DNA from: Promethearchaeota archaeon | GTDB lineage: Archaea; Asgardarchaeota; Lokiarchaeia; Sigyniarchaeales; SOKP01 | Assembly (NCBI GenBank): GCA_018238625.1 | Contig: JABCSY010000037.1 | Location: 1 to 35,481, forward strand | Length of the DNA: 35,481 bases | Direction of reading: 5' to 3' | Shown here: positions 19,024-28,710 of the stretch, in pieces | Numbering within the stretch: the stretch's first letter is position 1 | Layout of the letters: every line of letters begins with the position of its first letter | Translations under genes and position numbers: made by a program | The notes under the pieces: model-generated | What the model saw: the letters and a program-made list of their open reading frames with translations, nothing else | Told to the model about the DNA's origin: nothing | Database searches by the model: none

Positions 19024-19914
19024 ATGCTCAAAATGGATAAAATAATTTTAGAAAACTTGGATTTTGAAAAGCAACATGGATTAGGGAACGACTATATTTT
19101 AATAAATAACCTCAAGTGGGGTATCCTTGATGTTAAAAAAGCAGATTTAGCTAAAAAATTGTGCAAACATCATTATTCAATCGGGGCTGATGGGGTTTTA
19201 TTTGTTTGCCATCCAAAAAACACGGAAGTTAGAATAAAAATCTTTAACCCTGACGGTTCCCAAGCAGAAATGTGTGGCAATGGCGTTCGATGCTTTGCTA
19301 AATATGTTTACGAGAACGACATTTACAAAAAAGACGAAATTGATATTGAAACTCTAAAAGGAATTGTAATTGCAAAACTCAATGTAATTGACGGCAAAGT
19401 TAAATCCGTAAAAATCGATATGGGGGCTCCTACTCTAGATTGTGAACAAATCCCAGTTGATTTAGAAGATCCTGTAAAACAGTGCGTTAACGAATCTATA
19501 ATAGCTTTAGATAAAATTTTTAAATTCACAGCGGTTTCAATGGGCAACCCTCACGCTATCATATTTACAAAAGAGAATTTAAGCGATGACGAGCTAAATA
19601 GATACGGAGCGTCTATAGAATCTAACAAACTATTTCCAAAAAAAACAAATGTAGAATTTGTAAAAATTCTTTCTAAAGAGGAAGCAATCCTAAGAGTTTT
19701 TGAAAGGGGCGTTGGTATTACTAACTCGTGTGGGACGGGTTCTTGCGCTGCTGTGGTTGCTGGAACTATTTTGGGATTGTTTGACGAAGATATTCCAATT
19801 ACGATCCACAACGATGGGGGCGATTTGATAATAACCTATAATGGAAAAACGGTTTTTATGGAAGGTCCAGCAGAAAAAGTTTTTGAAGGGACAATCGATA
19901 GAATTGAATTTTAG
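19024..19914 (+). CDS. dapF: Diaminopimelate epimerase
   Basis: HGLGNDY, GADG, NPDGSQAEMCGNGVRC, SMGNPH, NVEF, ERGVG.TNSCGTG. Confidence 0.97.
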   Translation: MLKMDKIILENLDFEKQHGLGNDYILINNLKWGILDVKKADLAKKLCKHHYSIGADGVLFVCHPKNTEVRIKIFNPDGSQAEMCGNGVRCFAKYVYENDIYKKDEIDIETLKGIVIAKLNVIDGKVKSVKIDMGAPTLDCEQIPVDLEDPVKQCVNESIIALDKIFKFTAVSMGNPHAIIFTKENLSDDELNRYGASIESNKLFPKKTNVEFVKILSKEEAILRVFERGVGITNSCGTGSCAAVVAGTILGLFDEDIPITIHNDGGDLIITYNGKTVFMEGPAEKVFEGTIDRIEF

Positions 19915-19987
19915 CCAAAAAAAAACAATACTACAAAGGTTTTTTTTCAATAAACAAATCTTTAATTAAATTAGAGGTAGTTCAAGA

Positions 19988-21301
19988 TTGAAATATGCTG
20001 ATTGGTTAAATACGAGAGGTTTAGAATATCGCAACGATGTGTTATATTTTGCCGGTATGAATACTTTAGATATCGTTGAAAAGTACGGCACTCCTATTTA
20101 TGTAATTAACGAACAAATGGTTCGTGAACGTTATAAGAAGTTAAAAAAATTTGTAAATTCCGAATATAAAAAAAATCAAATACATTTTGCTGTTAAAGCT
20201 AATTCTACTTTATCGTTTTTAAGAGTGCTCAATTCCGAAGGAGCTTCTTTCGATTGTACATCACAAGGAGAGATATTTACTTGTTTTAAAGCAGGAATTT
20301 CTTCAGAAAAAATAATTTACACCGGAAATATGTTTACTGAAGACGATTTTGAATTCGCCGTTAAAAACGATGTTTTGGTTAATTTAGACAGTTTAAGCCA
20401 ATTAAAACGGTTAGCTGATATTTATGAAAAGCTTGGAAAGGAAAAATTAACGATTTCTTTTAGAATTAATCCCGAATTTGGAGCTGGAGAACACATTCAT
20501 ACCATTACTGCGGGTAAAGATGTAAAGTTTGGCATATTAGAAGGACAAGCAATTGAAGCGTACAGAAAAGCAAAAGAATTTGGCTTTGAGAATTTTGGCA
20601 TCCACCAACATATTGGTTCTGGAATAATTAACGCTTACGATTACGAGAAACCAACTGAAAAATACCTTAATATCGTTAAAACAATAGCTAAAACCCTCGA
20701 AATTAAATTTGAATTTATCGATTTTGGAGGAGGGTTGGGGATTCCTTATCAACCAAAGGAAAAACCGTTAGATTTGAATGTTTACAGCAAAATTGTTATA
20801 AAACCTTTTTTAGAGTTATTAAAATCGGAGGATATAGGCGAACCAGAGTTTAAAATTGAACCGGGACGATATTTATCTGCAGAATCGAGTATTATTTTAA
20901 CGCAAATAAATACAATTAAAAACAATGGGTATAAACTATTTGCCGGAGTTGACGCGGGGTTTAACACTTTATTAAGACCAATTTTGTATGATTCATATCA
21001 CCATATTATACCATGTAATAAAAAGGGTAAAGAAAAATCGTTAACCTACGATGTTGTGGGACCGATATGCGAATCTGGAGATATTCTTGGTAAGAATAGG
21101 GAATTACCAGAATTGAACGAGAAAGAGTTTCTTGCTATACTGGATGCAGGTGCCTATGGCTTCACTATGAGCAGCACATATAATTCCAGACCAAGAACTG
21201 CTGAAATTTTAATCAAAGATGGCCATATTCATAAAATTAGAGAAGCAGAAGCATATGATGATTTATTAAAGAAACAAATTATTCCCGATCATTTGAAATA
21301 A
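19988..21301 (+). CDS. lysA: Diaminopimelate decarboxylase
   Basis: FAVKAN, HQHIGSG, DFGGG, EPGRYL, GPICESGD, GAYGFTMSSTYNSRPR; SD GAGGT with TTG start. Confidence 0.97.
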   Translation: MKYADWLNTRGLEYRNDVLYFAGMNTLDIVEKYGTPIYVINEQMVRERYKKLKKFVNSEYKKNQIHFAVKANSTLSFLRVLNSEGASFDCTSQGEIFTCFKAGISSEKIIYTGNMFTEDDFEFAVKNDVLVNLDSLSQLKRLADIYEKLGKEKLTISFRINPEFGAGEHIHTITAGKDVKFGILEGQAIEAYRKAKEFGFENFGIHQHIGSGIINAYDYEKPTEKYLNIVKTIAKTLEIKFEFIDFGGGLGIPYQPKEKPLDLNVYSKIVIKPFLELLKSEDIGEPEFKIEPGRYLSAESSIILTQINTIKNNGYKLFAGVDAGFNTLLRPILYDSYHHIIPCNKKGKEKSLTYDVVGPICESGDILGKNRELPELNEKEFLAILDAGAYGFTMSSTYNSRPRTAEILIKDGHIHKIREAEAYDDLLKKQIIPDHLK

Positions 21302-21413
21302 GAAATCGCAACAGTTATATTTCATATAAAAGAATAAAAATTTTAGTGATTTATATTATCACGAGATAAAATTATAAAAAAGGAACGTTTAAGGATTGGA
21401 TACCCTTTAGACG

Positions 21414-21484
21414 TTCTAAATGAAGAGTTGGCATTATGAAACCTGTGAATTCAGGTTAATGATAATACTGATCTGCTCTGAGAA
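21414..21484 (+). ncRNA. Box C/D 2'-O-methylation guide sRNA
   Basis: C box ATGAAGA 21420-26; D' ATGA 21436-39; stem AACCTG/CAGGTT 21440-57; C' ATGATAA 21459-65; guide TACTGATCTGCT 21466-77; D box CTGA 21478-81; T-run afterwards; TATA-like TTATAAA at 21372. Confidence 0.75.
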
Positions 21485-21541
21485 TTTTTATAATTTTATC
21501 TTACTTTTTAATATACTATTGATGTATAAAAAAGATTTTAA

Positions 21542-22363
21542 TTACAAACCTAATACTTCGTTTGTAGTATATATTTTGTTTTCTTTTGCTTGTACAATAA
21601 ACTTAATCGCTTTTATGGCGCCTGTTGCGAAGCACGACCTACTATGGGCTTGATGCTTGAATTCAATTCTCTCTCCAGGTCCTGCGTACAGAATAATGTG
21701 ATCACCTATAATATCTCCCGCTCGAATTGAGTGGAAGCCTATTTCATTACGACCGCCAATTTGCCGTTTATTAAATCCCTTATCCCGTCCAAATTTTGCT
21801 ATATCATCAATTTTAACTCCAAGAGATTCACTAACAATTTGTCCAATTTTAAGAGCTGTGCCACTAGGGGAATCTGCTTTACGGTGGTGATGACTTTCAA
21901 TAATCTCAATGTCCCATTCGTTTAAGTACTTCGTCAAAATTTCTGCCATTTTGAATAAAATGTTTACGCCCGTTGCCATATTGGGTGAAATCACTGCTGG
22001 AGCCTTCTTTGTTTTTACAAGCTTTTCGAATTCATCGAGAAAATCTTGAGTCATTGCTGTTGTTCCAATTACGCATTTAATTCCGTTTTCAACGCAGATT
22101 TTGCAATTTTTTTCAGTTGCATTTGCCACGGTAAAATCTACGGCGACATCTGGCTTAGTTTCGGCAATAACTTTTTGAAGATAATTAACATCACTGATTT
22201 TGATTTTGTTCCTATCTTTTACGGCTAAGAGCCCTCCTAATTCTTCGCCTATATTATTTACATCGCAAGCGGCAACTACTTCAATTTCGTCATCTTTTAA
22301 AGCTAATTCACTAATGAGTTTCCCCATTATACCCGTAGGACCTAAAATTAGTAATTTTATCAT
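21542..22363 (-). CDS. dapB: 4-hydroxy-tetrahydrodipicolinate reductase
   Basis: GPTGIMG, VDFT, VIGTT, SPNMATG, EIIESHHHRKADSPSGTA, HSIRAGDIIGDH. Confidence 0.97.
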   Translation of the reverse strand: MIKLLILGPTGIMGKLISELALKDDEIEVVAACDVNNIGEELGGLLAVKDRNKIKISDVNYLQKVIAETKPDVAVDFTVANATEKNCKICVENGIKCVIGTTAMTQDFLDEFEKLVKTKKAPAVISPNMATGVNILFKMAEILTKYLNEWDIEIIESHHHRKADSPSGTALKIGQIVSESLGVKIDDIAKFGRDKGFNKRQIGGRNEIGFHSIRAGDIIGDHIILYAGPGERIEFKHQAHSRSCFATGAIKAIKFIVQAKENKIYTTNEVLGL

Positions 22364-22389
22364 TATATTCTACCTTAAATCAAGCTAAT

Positions 22390-23289
22390 CTAAATTAAAT
22401 TTAAATTTTTTAGTACTATTTTAATTTTTTCTTGATTGTCAACTAACGGAGGTGTTAGTGGCAACCTCATCCTTTTATTCATTATCCCCATTAATTCTGC
22501 AGCGTACTTTACTGGACTGGGGTTAGTTTCAATAAATAATACTTTAAAAAGATCGTATAGTTCGAACTGTTTTGCTTTAGCTTTTTCCCAATTACCCTTA
22601 AACATTGTATTTGTAAATTCCACAAGCTTAGCGGGTATAATATTTGATGCTACGCTTACGACGCCTTTACCACCTAGAGCCATTATGTGGAACGTCATTC
22701 CATCGTCACCGCTAAGAACTATGAAATCTTCTGGCGTTGTTTTTACTATCTTGGTAATTTGATCTATATTTCCACTAGCACATTTGATTCCAACAATATT
22801 GTCTTTAGAGTAAGCTAATTTGGATACGGTTTCGGGTTCTAAATTTCGTCCTGTGCGACTAGGTACATTATATAATATTATCGGTAAAGATACAGAATCG
22901 GCTATTGCTGAGAAATGATCTATTAAAGAATGTTGGACTGGTTTATTATAATATGGAACAACAACTAAACATCCATCAGCCCCTGCTTTTTCGGCGTATT
23001 GGCAGAGTGATATTGACTCTTGAGTAGAATTACTTCCTGTCCCTGCTAATACAAAGGGGTCTTTTCCGCTTTTTTTTGCTTCGTCAACCGTGATTTCTAT
23101 TGCGGAATGGTGCTCTTTATGAGACAGCGTTGCCGATTCGCCAGTAGTACCCATGGTTAAAGGTTGACAGCCGTTATCGATCTGAAATCTAAGAAATTCG
23201 CGATACTTTCCTTCGTCTATAGAAAAATCCTCATTAAAGGGCGTTATCATCGCAGTAATTACATTTTGCAATTTATCGAGCTTAGTCAT
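22390..23289 (-). CDS. dapA: 4-hydroxy-tetrahydrodipicolinate synthase
   Basis: GTTGES, AGTGSNST, PYYNKP, LYNVPSRTG, GIK, SGDD, ETNPSPVK. Confidence 0.97.
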   Translation of the reverse strand: MTKLDKLQNVITAMITPFNEDFSIDEGKYREFLRFQIDNGCQPLTMGTTGESATLSHKEHHSAIEITVDEAKKSGKDPFVLAGTGSNSTQESISLCQYAEKAGADGCLVVVPYYNKPVQHSLIDHFSAIADSVSLPIILYNVPSRTGRNLEPETVSKLAYSKDNIVGIKCASGNIDQITKIVKTTPEDFIVLSGDDGMTFHIMALGGKGVVSVASNIIPAKLVEFTNTMFKGNWEKAKAKQFELYDLFKVLFIETNPSPVKYAAELMGIMNKRMRLPLTPPLVDNQEKIKIVLKNLNLI

Positions 23290-23546
23290 TATGGATCACA
23301 TCAATTTTTCTTTTGTTTGTTTACTTGTACTATTAAACTTTTAAAACTATTTAAATAAAAAACATGATTAAAAAATAATTTGAGGTTTCCTTTAAAAGGA
23401 TTATTGCTAAACACATCATAAACATAGCTGTAAATCATTGTCGTCTTATTTTTTATCCATTATAGAATAGGTTTTAAGTATTAGAAAAAAATTAAATAGG
23501 AAGTTAATTATGATTTTGTCATAAAATCTAAAATTCTATCGCAAAT

Positions 23547-24557
23547 ATGAAATTAGATTATTTAGATAAATTTTCTGGAACTTTATTAGGCGTAAGCATT
23601 GGAGATACTTTAGGTCGCCCATTTGAAGGAATGTTACGGGAGAGAATTTATTCCCATTTTAATGATTTCAAAGAATTTATCAACAACAACAAAAAACTAT
23701 TTAATTCGTATACTGACGACACACAATTAACGCTACACACAGCAGAAGCACTTATTCAAGGATCTGGATTCAATACAAATAATTTTATTAGAGAATATGT
23801 TAGATGGCTTGAAGACCCTCCAATAGGTCCTGGATTTGGATGCATTTCCTCTATTCAAAAATTAAAATACGGAATTTCATGGAAAAAAGCGGCTTCAAAT
23901 TCGGGAGGTAATGGTACCGCAATGAGAGTCTCTCCAATTGGATTGTTTTACTGCAAGGATATAAAAAATTTAGAAAAATCGGCTTTAAAATCTAGCATAA
24001 TCACTCATTCTCACCCAGCAGCTTCAGCAGGTGCCATAGTCATAGCAAGAGCGATAGCTTTTTTAATTGATAAAAAACCAGAGACTGGTTTTTCAATCGA
24101 CGAGTTCTTTGAAACGATTATATTATCAATTTCAAACTCTCAAGAAAAAATATGGGAAGAATTTATAGAAATTTTGAACAAAGTAAAGCAAAATTTAAGC
24201 ATCTCAATCGAAGCAGGGTTAACGAAATTCTCCCAAGTTGGGGTCAAATCACCTTATTTTATCGAAGAATACTTGGGTAAGGCATTTGTTCATCCTTATA
24301 CTCTAAGTACTGTTGCTTGCGCCATATTCGTTTTCTTAAAAAAATTAAACTCTTTTGAAGATTGCATTTTTCAATTAGCTACAGCAGGAGGAGATAGCGA
24401 CACTGTCGGAGCTATCGGTGGAAGCTTAGCAGGTGCGTATTTTGGATTAAAAAATATTCCCGACGATTTAATAAATCTTGTAAAAAATCATAAAAATATC
24501 CTAAAAGTTAGTGAACAATTACATCTTAAATTCAAAGAGAAATACAAAATGATCTAA
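23547..24557 (+). CDS. ADP-ribosylglycohydrolase (DraG/ARH family)
   Basis: GDTLG..FE, YTDDTQL, GNGTAMRVSP, ITH, GGDSDTVGAIGGSLAGA. Confidence 0.93.
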   Translation: MKLDYLDKFSGTLLGVSIGDTLGRPFEGMLRERIYSHFNDFKEFINNNKKLFNSYTDDTQLTLHTAEALIQGSGFNTNNFIREYVRWLEDPPIGPGFGCISSIQKLKYGISWKKAASNSGGNGTAMRVSPIGLFYCKDIKNLEKSALKSSIITHSHPAASAGAIVIARAIAFLIDKKPETGFSIDEFFETIILSISNSQEKIWEEFIEILNKVKQNLSISIEAGLTKFSQVGVKSPYFIEEYLGKAFVHPYTLSTVACAIFVFLKKLNSFEDCIFQLATAGGDSDTVGAIGGSLAGAYFGLKNIPDDLINLVKNHKNILKVSEQLHLKFKEKYKMI

Positions 24558-25129
24558 TCAAAATCGTCTAAGAAATCATTCAATTTTTTCAAGCACGCAT
24601 CGCAATAATTTGGCGGTTTTTTATCTGTATCGTCTATGGTATTTGAACATCGCATTACACATAGATTATCACAATGTTCTAATCCAAAAGTGTGTCCAAG
24701 CTCGTGAATTGCTTCCTTTAACACCCTTAACTCAAATTGAGCTAAATTTTCTGATCTCTCATAAAAATCTTCCCTTAAACGAGTAACTGAAATCAAAGCG
24801 CGTCCAAACTTGTTTTTATCCATATCAGCAGTACCAAATATAAAATTCTTTTTGTTTTTTTTTAATAATTTCGAAGAAATATCTGCATCCATAACACCTA
24901 AGATACGATAGTAATTTCTATTATTAACATGCTTGATTAACCTTTTTTTAACCTTTGAGGCGTCGTATTGTTCTTTATAAAATTCAAATTCCAATAATGG
25001 AAGTTTATCGGAAAGGATTTTTATTTTAATATTATATTCTCTAAAGAACCTTTTCATATTCTTTTGAAGAACAATTAAAATCCTCGGATCAACATCTCCA
25101 ATTCTTTGTAGATAAATTATTTTCTTCAT
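24554..25129 (-). CDS. amzA: Archaemetzincin zinc protease (peptidase M54)
   Basis: HELGHTFGLEHC...CVM....D.K....C..C. Confidence 0.9.
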   Translation of the reverse strand: MKKIIYLQRIGDVDPRILIVLQKNMKRFFREYNIKIKILSDKLPLLEFEFYKEQYDASKVKKRLIKHVNNRNYYRILGVMDADISSKLLKKNKKNFIFGTADMDKNKFGRALISVTRLREDFYERSENLAQFELRVLKEAIHELGHTFGLEHCDNLCVMRCSNTIDDTDKKPPNYCDACLKKLNDFLDDFD

Positions 25130-25355
25130 TTTTTAACATATTAGAATAGATTAGCTAAGAAATTATTCTTAGCTAAAAAAATATTATGCGTTTTTATTTA
25201 TTTGATATAATATAATCTAATGACATATCGATCGTTGGTGAATTGCAATAAAAAAATTAAAAATCGAAAGAATATTTTAATCTTTATTATTAACATATAT
25301 TAATTAAATTTTTCATTATTAATATATAAAAATCGATTTACCCCTCGTACTTGAT

Positions 25356-25429
25356 GGGAGGGTGGTCTAGCTTGGTATGATTCCTGGTTTGGGACCAGGT
25401 GGCCGGGGGTTCAAATCCCCCCTCTCCCA
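25356..25429 (+). tRNA. tRNA-Pro (anticodon TGG), intronless, CCA not encoded
   Basis: Acceptor stem GGGAGGG/CTCTCCC; anticodon stem CCTGG/CCAGG with loop TTTGGGA; T arm GGGGG-TTCAAAT-CCCCC; TATA-like TATATAAA about 30 nt upstream. Confidence 0.97.
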
Positions 25430-25517
25430 TTTTAACACTCATTCTTTCATGATTTATGTTAGTTCAATTTTAAATTCCAAAAATAAAATAATAACTTGAA
25501 CTTTTATAGAAAAAGGA

Positions 25518-25820
25518 TTAAATTTCTGCGTACTCTTCGATATCTATTGATTCCTCTGAATTAAAGTAAATTTCAGGAATTAAGTCTTGAATTGTCGAAA
25601 CGAACGATATCATTATTGCCGGATTTTCAGAAGTTATCTTGTAATACTTATGAAATCTCCAAATCTTTTTATAAGTGAGTTGATCTTGAAAGAATTGAAA
25701 AATCTGCTCAATATCACCTTTAAAATCTGCATGCCTTTGCACCCAAGCGTAAATCTCGTTTATATTTCTTCTTTTATTCTGCCTAATTTTTAACTTTATA
25801 ATCATCTTAATGCTTAACAA
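25518..25820 (-). CDS. Small hypothetical protein
   Basis: 100 aa ORF (likely ATG start at 25805) co-oriented downstream of the polyferredoxin gene. Confidence 0.7.
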   Translation of the reverse strand: MLSIKMIIKLKIRQNKRRNINEIYAWVQRHADFKGDIEQIFQFFQDQLTYKKIWRFHKYYKITSENPAIMISFVSTIQDLIPEIYFNSEESIDIEEYAEI

Positions 25821-25938
25821 CTTATTTCTGTTTTAAAACTGCTAGATATAACATATTTTTGATTTAAATTATTAAAACAAATAGAAATTTTTAGGCGAAA
25901 ATCCTTTAGAATTTAGAAAAGAAAATAATTAGCTATCA

Positions 25939-27009
25939 TTATCCTAAAACCTTTTTTAATTCTTTTGTAATCCTATCAACTTTTTTATCCTTTATCCAAT
26001 AACGAATTTTGCTCGATTTTAGAAATTCTTGGACTTTGTTATTCAACTCGTTTAATTTCTTCTTATCTTCCTTAGTGAGCTGAGGTACTTGTTCTTTTAT
26101 TTCCTTTTTTATTTTTTCGATGTGTTCTTCAACAGTTGGTATTTGAACTTGCTCCTTACCTTCGACGATTGCCTTTCTAAGGATTTCTTTAATATTATTA
26201 ACCCAACCTTGTATCCAAGGATAAGTACCTTGCTTTCTTGGATCGGTTATTCGTATGCTTTTCCTATTAACAACGATCAAATCGTCAGGGCAAGAATTTT
26301 CGCACGCTCCGCAATAAAAGCACTGGTCTTCGTTACAAGCGATTTTTCCGTACTTTACGACGTCTTCAGCGCTCTCAGGGATAAAAAAAGATTCTACGGG
26401 GCATATATTGACGCAAGCTTTACAACCTTGAGGGTCGCATTTATGAAGCATATTTTTTTTAATAATAACTTCCCCCTCAATGGGAGTGTCGATAGAAAAA
26501 CATTGATCTGGGCACTCTTTTGAAATTTTAAAAAAATCTTGGATGTGATTCCTATCTCTAACGGCCAAGCATAATTGACAAATTTCATTATCTTTATCCT
26601 CGGTACACTTTTTAAAATCGATCGTATAGAATTTGTCTATGGCAGGGAATTCGTCTAAGGAAATCTGTCCTTCAGGTTCAATATTTTCGTGAAATGCGTT
26701 GGTAGGGCAAACCACGACACACAGCATGCAATAACAACATTTATCGTAATCAATAAAGAGTTTAGGGTTAGAATCATCTAAAATATTTTGGGCAATTTCT
26801 GGAATTGGTCCTAGCTCTATAGCATCAACGGGGCAAACGAGTTTGCATAAACTACATCCAATACATTTTTTGATGTCATAAGTTAATACTTTCTTAACAT
26901 CCTTATATTTCCAATTTAGTACTAATTGATCTATAGCAATATCGAACGTTTTCTCGATTTCTTCTTCTTTATCCCCATCTAATTTTTCTTTTGCTGAAGA
27001 TTCAGTAAT
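25939..27009 (-). CDS. Polyferredoxin, FwdF-like 4Fe-4S protein
   Basis: Frame open upstream of the track's ATG (26727), adding CIGCSLCKLVCP and completing CCYCMLCVVVCP; further motifs CDPQGCKACVNICP and CFYCGACENSCP; proposed ATT start at 27009 behind GGAG. Confidence 0.85.
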   Translation of the reverse strand: MTESSAKEKLDGDKEEEIEKTFDIAIDQLVLNWKYKDVKKVLTYDIKKCIGCSLCKLVCPVDAIELGPIPEIAQNILDDSNPKLFIDYDKCCYCMLCVVVCPTNAFHENIEPEGQISLDEFPAIDKFYTIDFKKCTEDKDNEICQLCLAVRDRNHIQDFFKISKECPDQCFSIDTPIEGEVIIKKNMLHKCDPQGCKACVNICPVESFFIPESAEDVVKYGKIACNEDQCFYCGACENSCPDDLIVVNRKSIRITDPRKQGTYPWIQGWVNNIKEILRKAIVEGKEQVQIPTVEEHIEKIKKEIKEQVPQLTKEDKKKLNELNNKVQEFLKSSKIRYWIKDKKVDRITKELKKVLG

Positions 27010-27201
27010 TTTAATTCTCCCGAGAACTTTGTTAATATTATTCTAATTATCTTAAATCGCGTTAATTAATTAATTTTAGCTCTATTAGAGAGATATTATT
27101 AATCTTTATTTACGATTTTTAATCAAATTAATAAGTTTTAAAGATGTTTTGGCTTGTTTTTTGACAATACTAATGTATTGTACCTATTAATTTATGATAT
27201 T

Positions 27202-28350
27202 TTAAGCCAATGGAATCAAAATAACAAAATTACTACCCTTTTTATAGTCTCCTTGAACTTTATCTTGAACCCAAATATGTCCATTATACTTTTCGATTAT
27301 TTTTTTAACCAATGATAATCCCAACCCCATTCCGGTGCTTCTTCTATCTTTTATATATGAGGTTACAAAAATTTTTTCTTTTACTTCATCATTAATTCCT
27401 CTCCCATTATCAATAAATTCTAATTTAAGATAATTTATGCCATTTTTTTGATATTCAGATATCTTAATTAAAATTTCTACTGATGGATTCTCATTATGTT
27501 TTACAGCATTTATTAAAATATTTTCAAATATAACAGTTAAGAGTTCGTTTGCTTTAACGTAATATTCTTTACTTGAGGATTCAATTTTCGCATAAATTTG
27601 TCTATCTTGAAAACTTTTATTTATATATTCTATTGCTTTTTCTAAAACATCATAAACTTCTATTAATTTTACAGAAAACTGAGATTCTTCAATCTCAGAA
27701 AGTTTCCTCACATTTAAGATTAGTCTCGCACCTCTTTTAACCTGTTTTTCAAATATTCCTATCAATTCGTCTAAATTTTCTATTTCTTTTAGCTCTTTTT
27801 GAGATAAAAATTCAATAGATAATTGAACATTTTGAAGTATATTATTCATATCGTGAGTAAAAAGATCTTTATAAAAATTCGCCCGATTATAAGCTTCTCG
27901 ATATTTTTTTTCTGATTTTTTTAATTCTTTAGTCCTTTCTGCTACTTTTTGTTCTAATTCGATATTAAAATTTTTCAAGCGCCTTTCGGATTCTTTTAGA
28001 CTTATTTCTTTCTTTGAGATTTGCTCGCTTAATATGGAAACTGAAATACCGATAATTATAAGAAATAATGCTCGAACCCAAATATCTAATTGGAATATAT
28101 GCAAAATATCCAATTCAAGAAAAACAGGAAGGAGTATTAATAATCCAGCAAAAAAAATAGGTACAATTATACCTCTTTTTTTCCACCAAAGAGTTGCTAA
28201 AATAATTGGAATATAAAAAAAATGGGAAAAAAGAGTATGAATTTTAAGTATGGTATAAAAATAGTATGCTAAATAACAAGAAATAGAAATAAGGATAATT
28301 AAAACAAAGAGTTTTGATTTCTCTTCCCGAATTTTTATTGTAAATTTAAT
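27202..28350 (-). CDS. Membrane-bound sensor histidine kinase
   Basis: H box FTHDMNNIL, N box ENILINAVKH, DNGRGI, GMGLGL; frame extends past 28113 through additional TM helices (…SHFFYIPIILATLWWKKRG…) to a candidate ATT at 28350. Confidence 0.88.
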   Translation of the reverse strand: MKFTIKIREEKSKLFVLIILISISCYLAYYFYTILKIHTLFSHFFYIPIILATLWWKKRGIIVPIFFAGLLILLPVFLELDILHIFQLDIWVRALFLIIIGISVSILSEQISKKEISLKESERRLKNFNIELEQKVAERTKELKKSEKKYREAYNRANFYKDLFTHDMNNILQNVQLSIEFLSQKELKEIENLDELIGIFEKQVKRGARLILNVRKLSEIEESQFSVKLIEVYDVLEKAIEYINKSFQDRQIYAKIESSSKEYYVKANELLTVIFENILINAVKHNENPSVEILIKISEYQKNGINYLKLEFIDNGRGINDEVKEKIFVTSYIKDRRSTGMGLGLSLVKKIIEKYNGHIWVQDKVQGDYKKGSNFVILIPLA

Positions 28351-28710
28351 ATCTCTCTCATCTCAATCATTTTAATAAAATAACAAAACACCATTTAGCA
28401 CAGCGAATTCTATTATTTCTATTTATTTTTTTAATGTTTTGTCAAATTAAAAATCACTCTATTCTGATTTAAGTTTTTATGTTTTCACATGGATACCATC
28501 ATTGATTAGCTAAAAAACACAAAGTAATATAGGAATATTTTAGTAACACATCATATTTCAACGGTAATTGTTCTTAAATTAATAATTTTTAATTGGTTCT
28601 ATTACTATTATTGCTTAAAAAGTAAGGACAATTAACAGAATTGATCACAATAAATGAACCTACGAAAAATGAGATATGCTTTTTCCATCGAAACAGTAAT
28701 TTCTAATATT

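Noticed and set aside
21420-21653. 77-aa ORF MKSWHYETCEF...
   Set aside because: Overlaps dapB antisense, and its 5' part is better explained as the C/D sRNA (its ATG is box C)
25356-25520. tRNA-Pro as an integration site
   Set aside because: No integrase and no duplicated tRNA 3' end seen in the window
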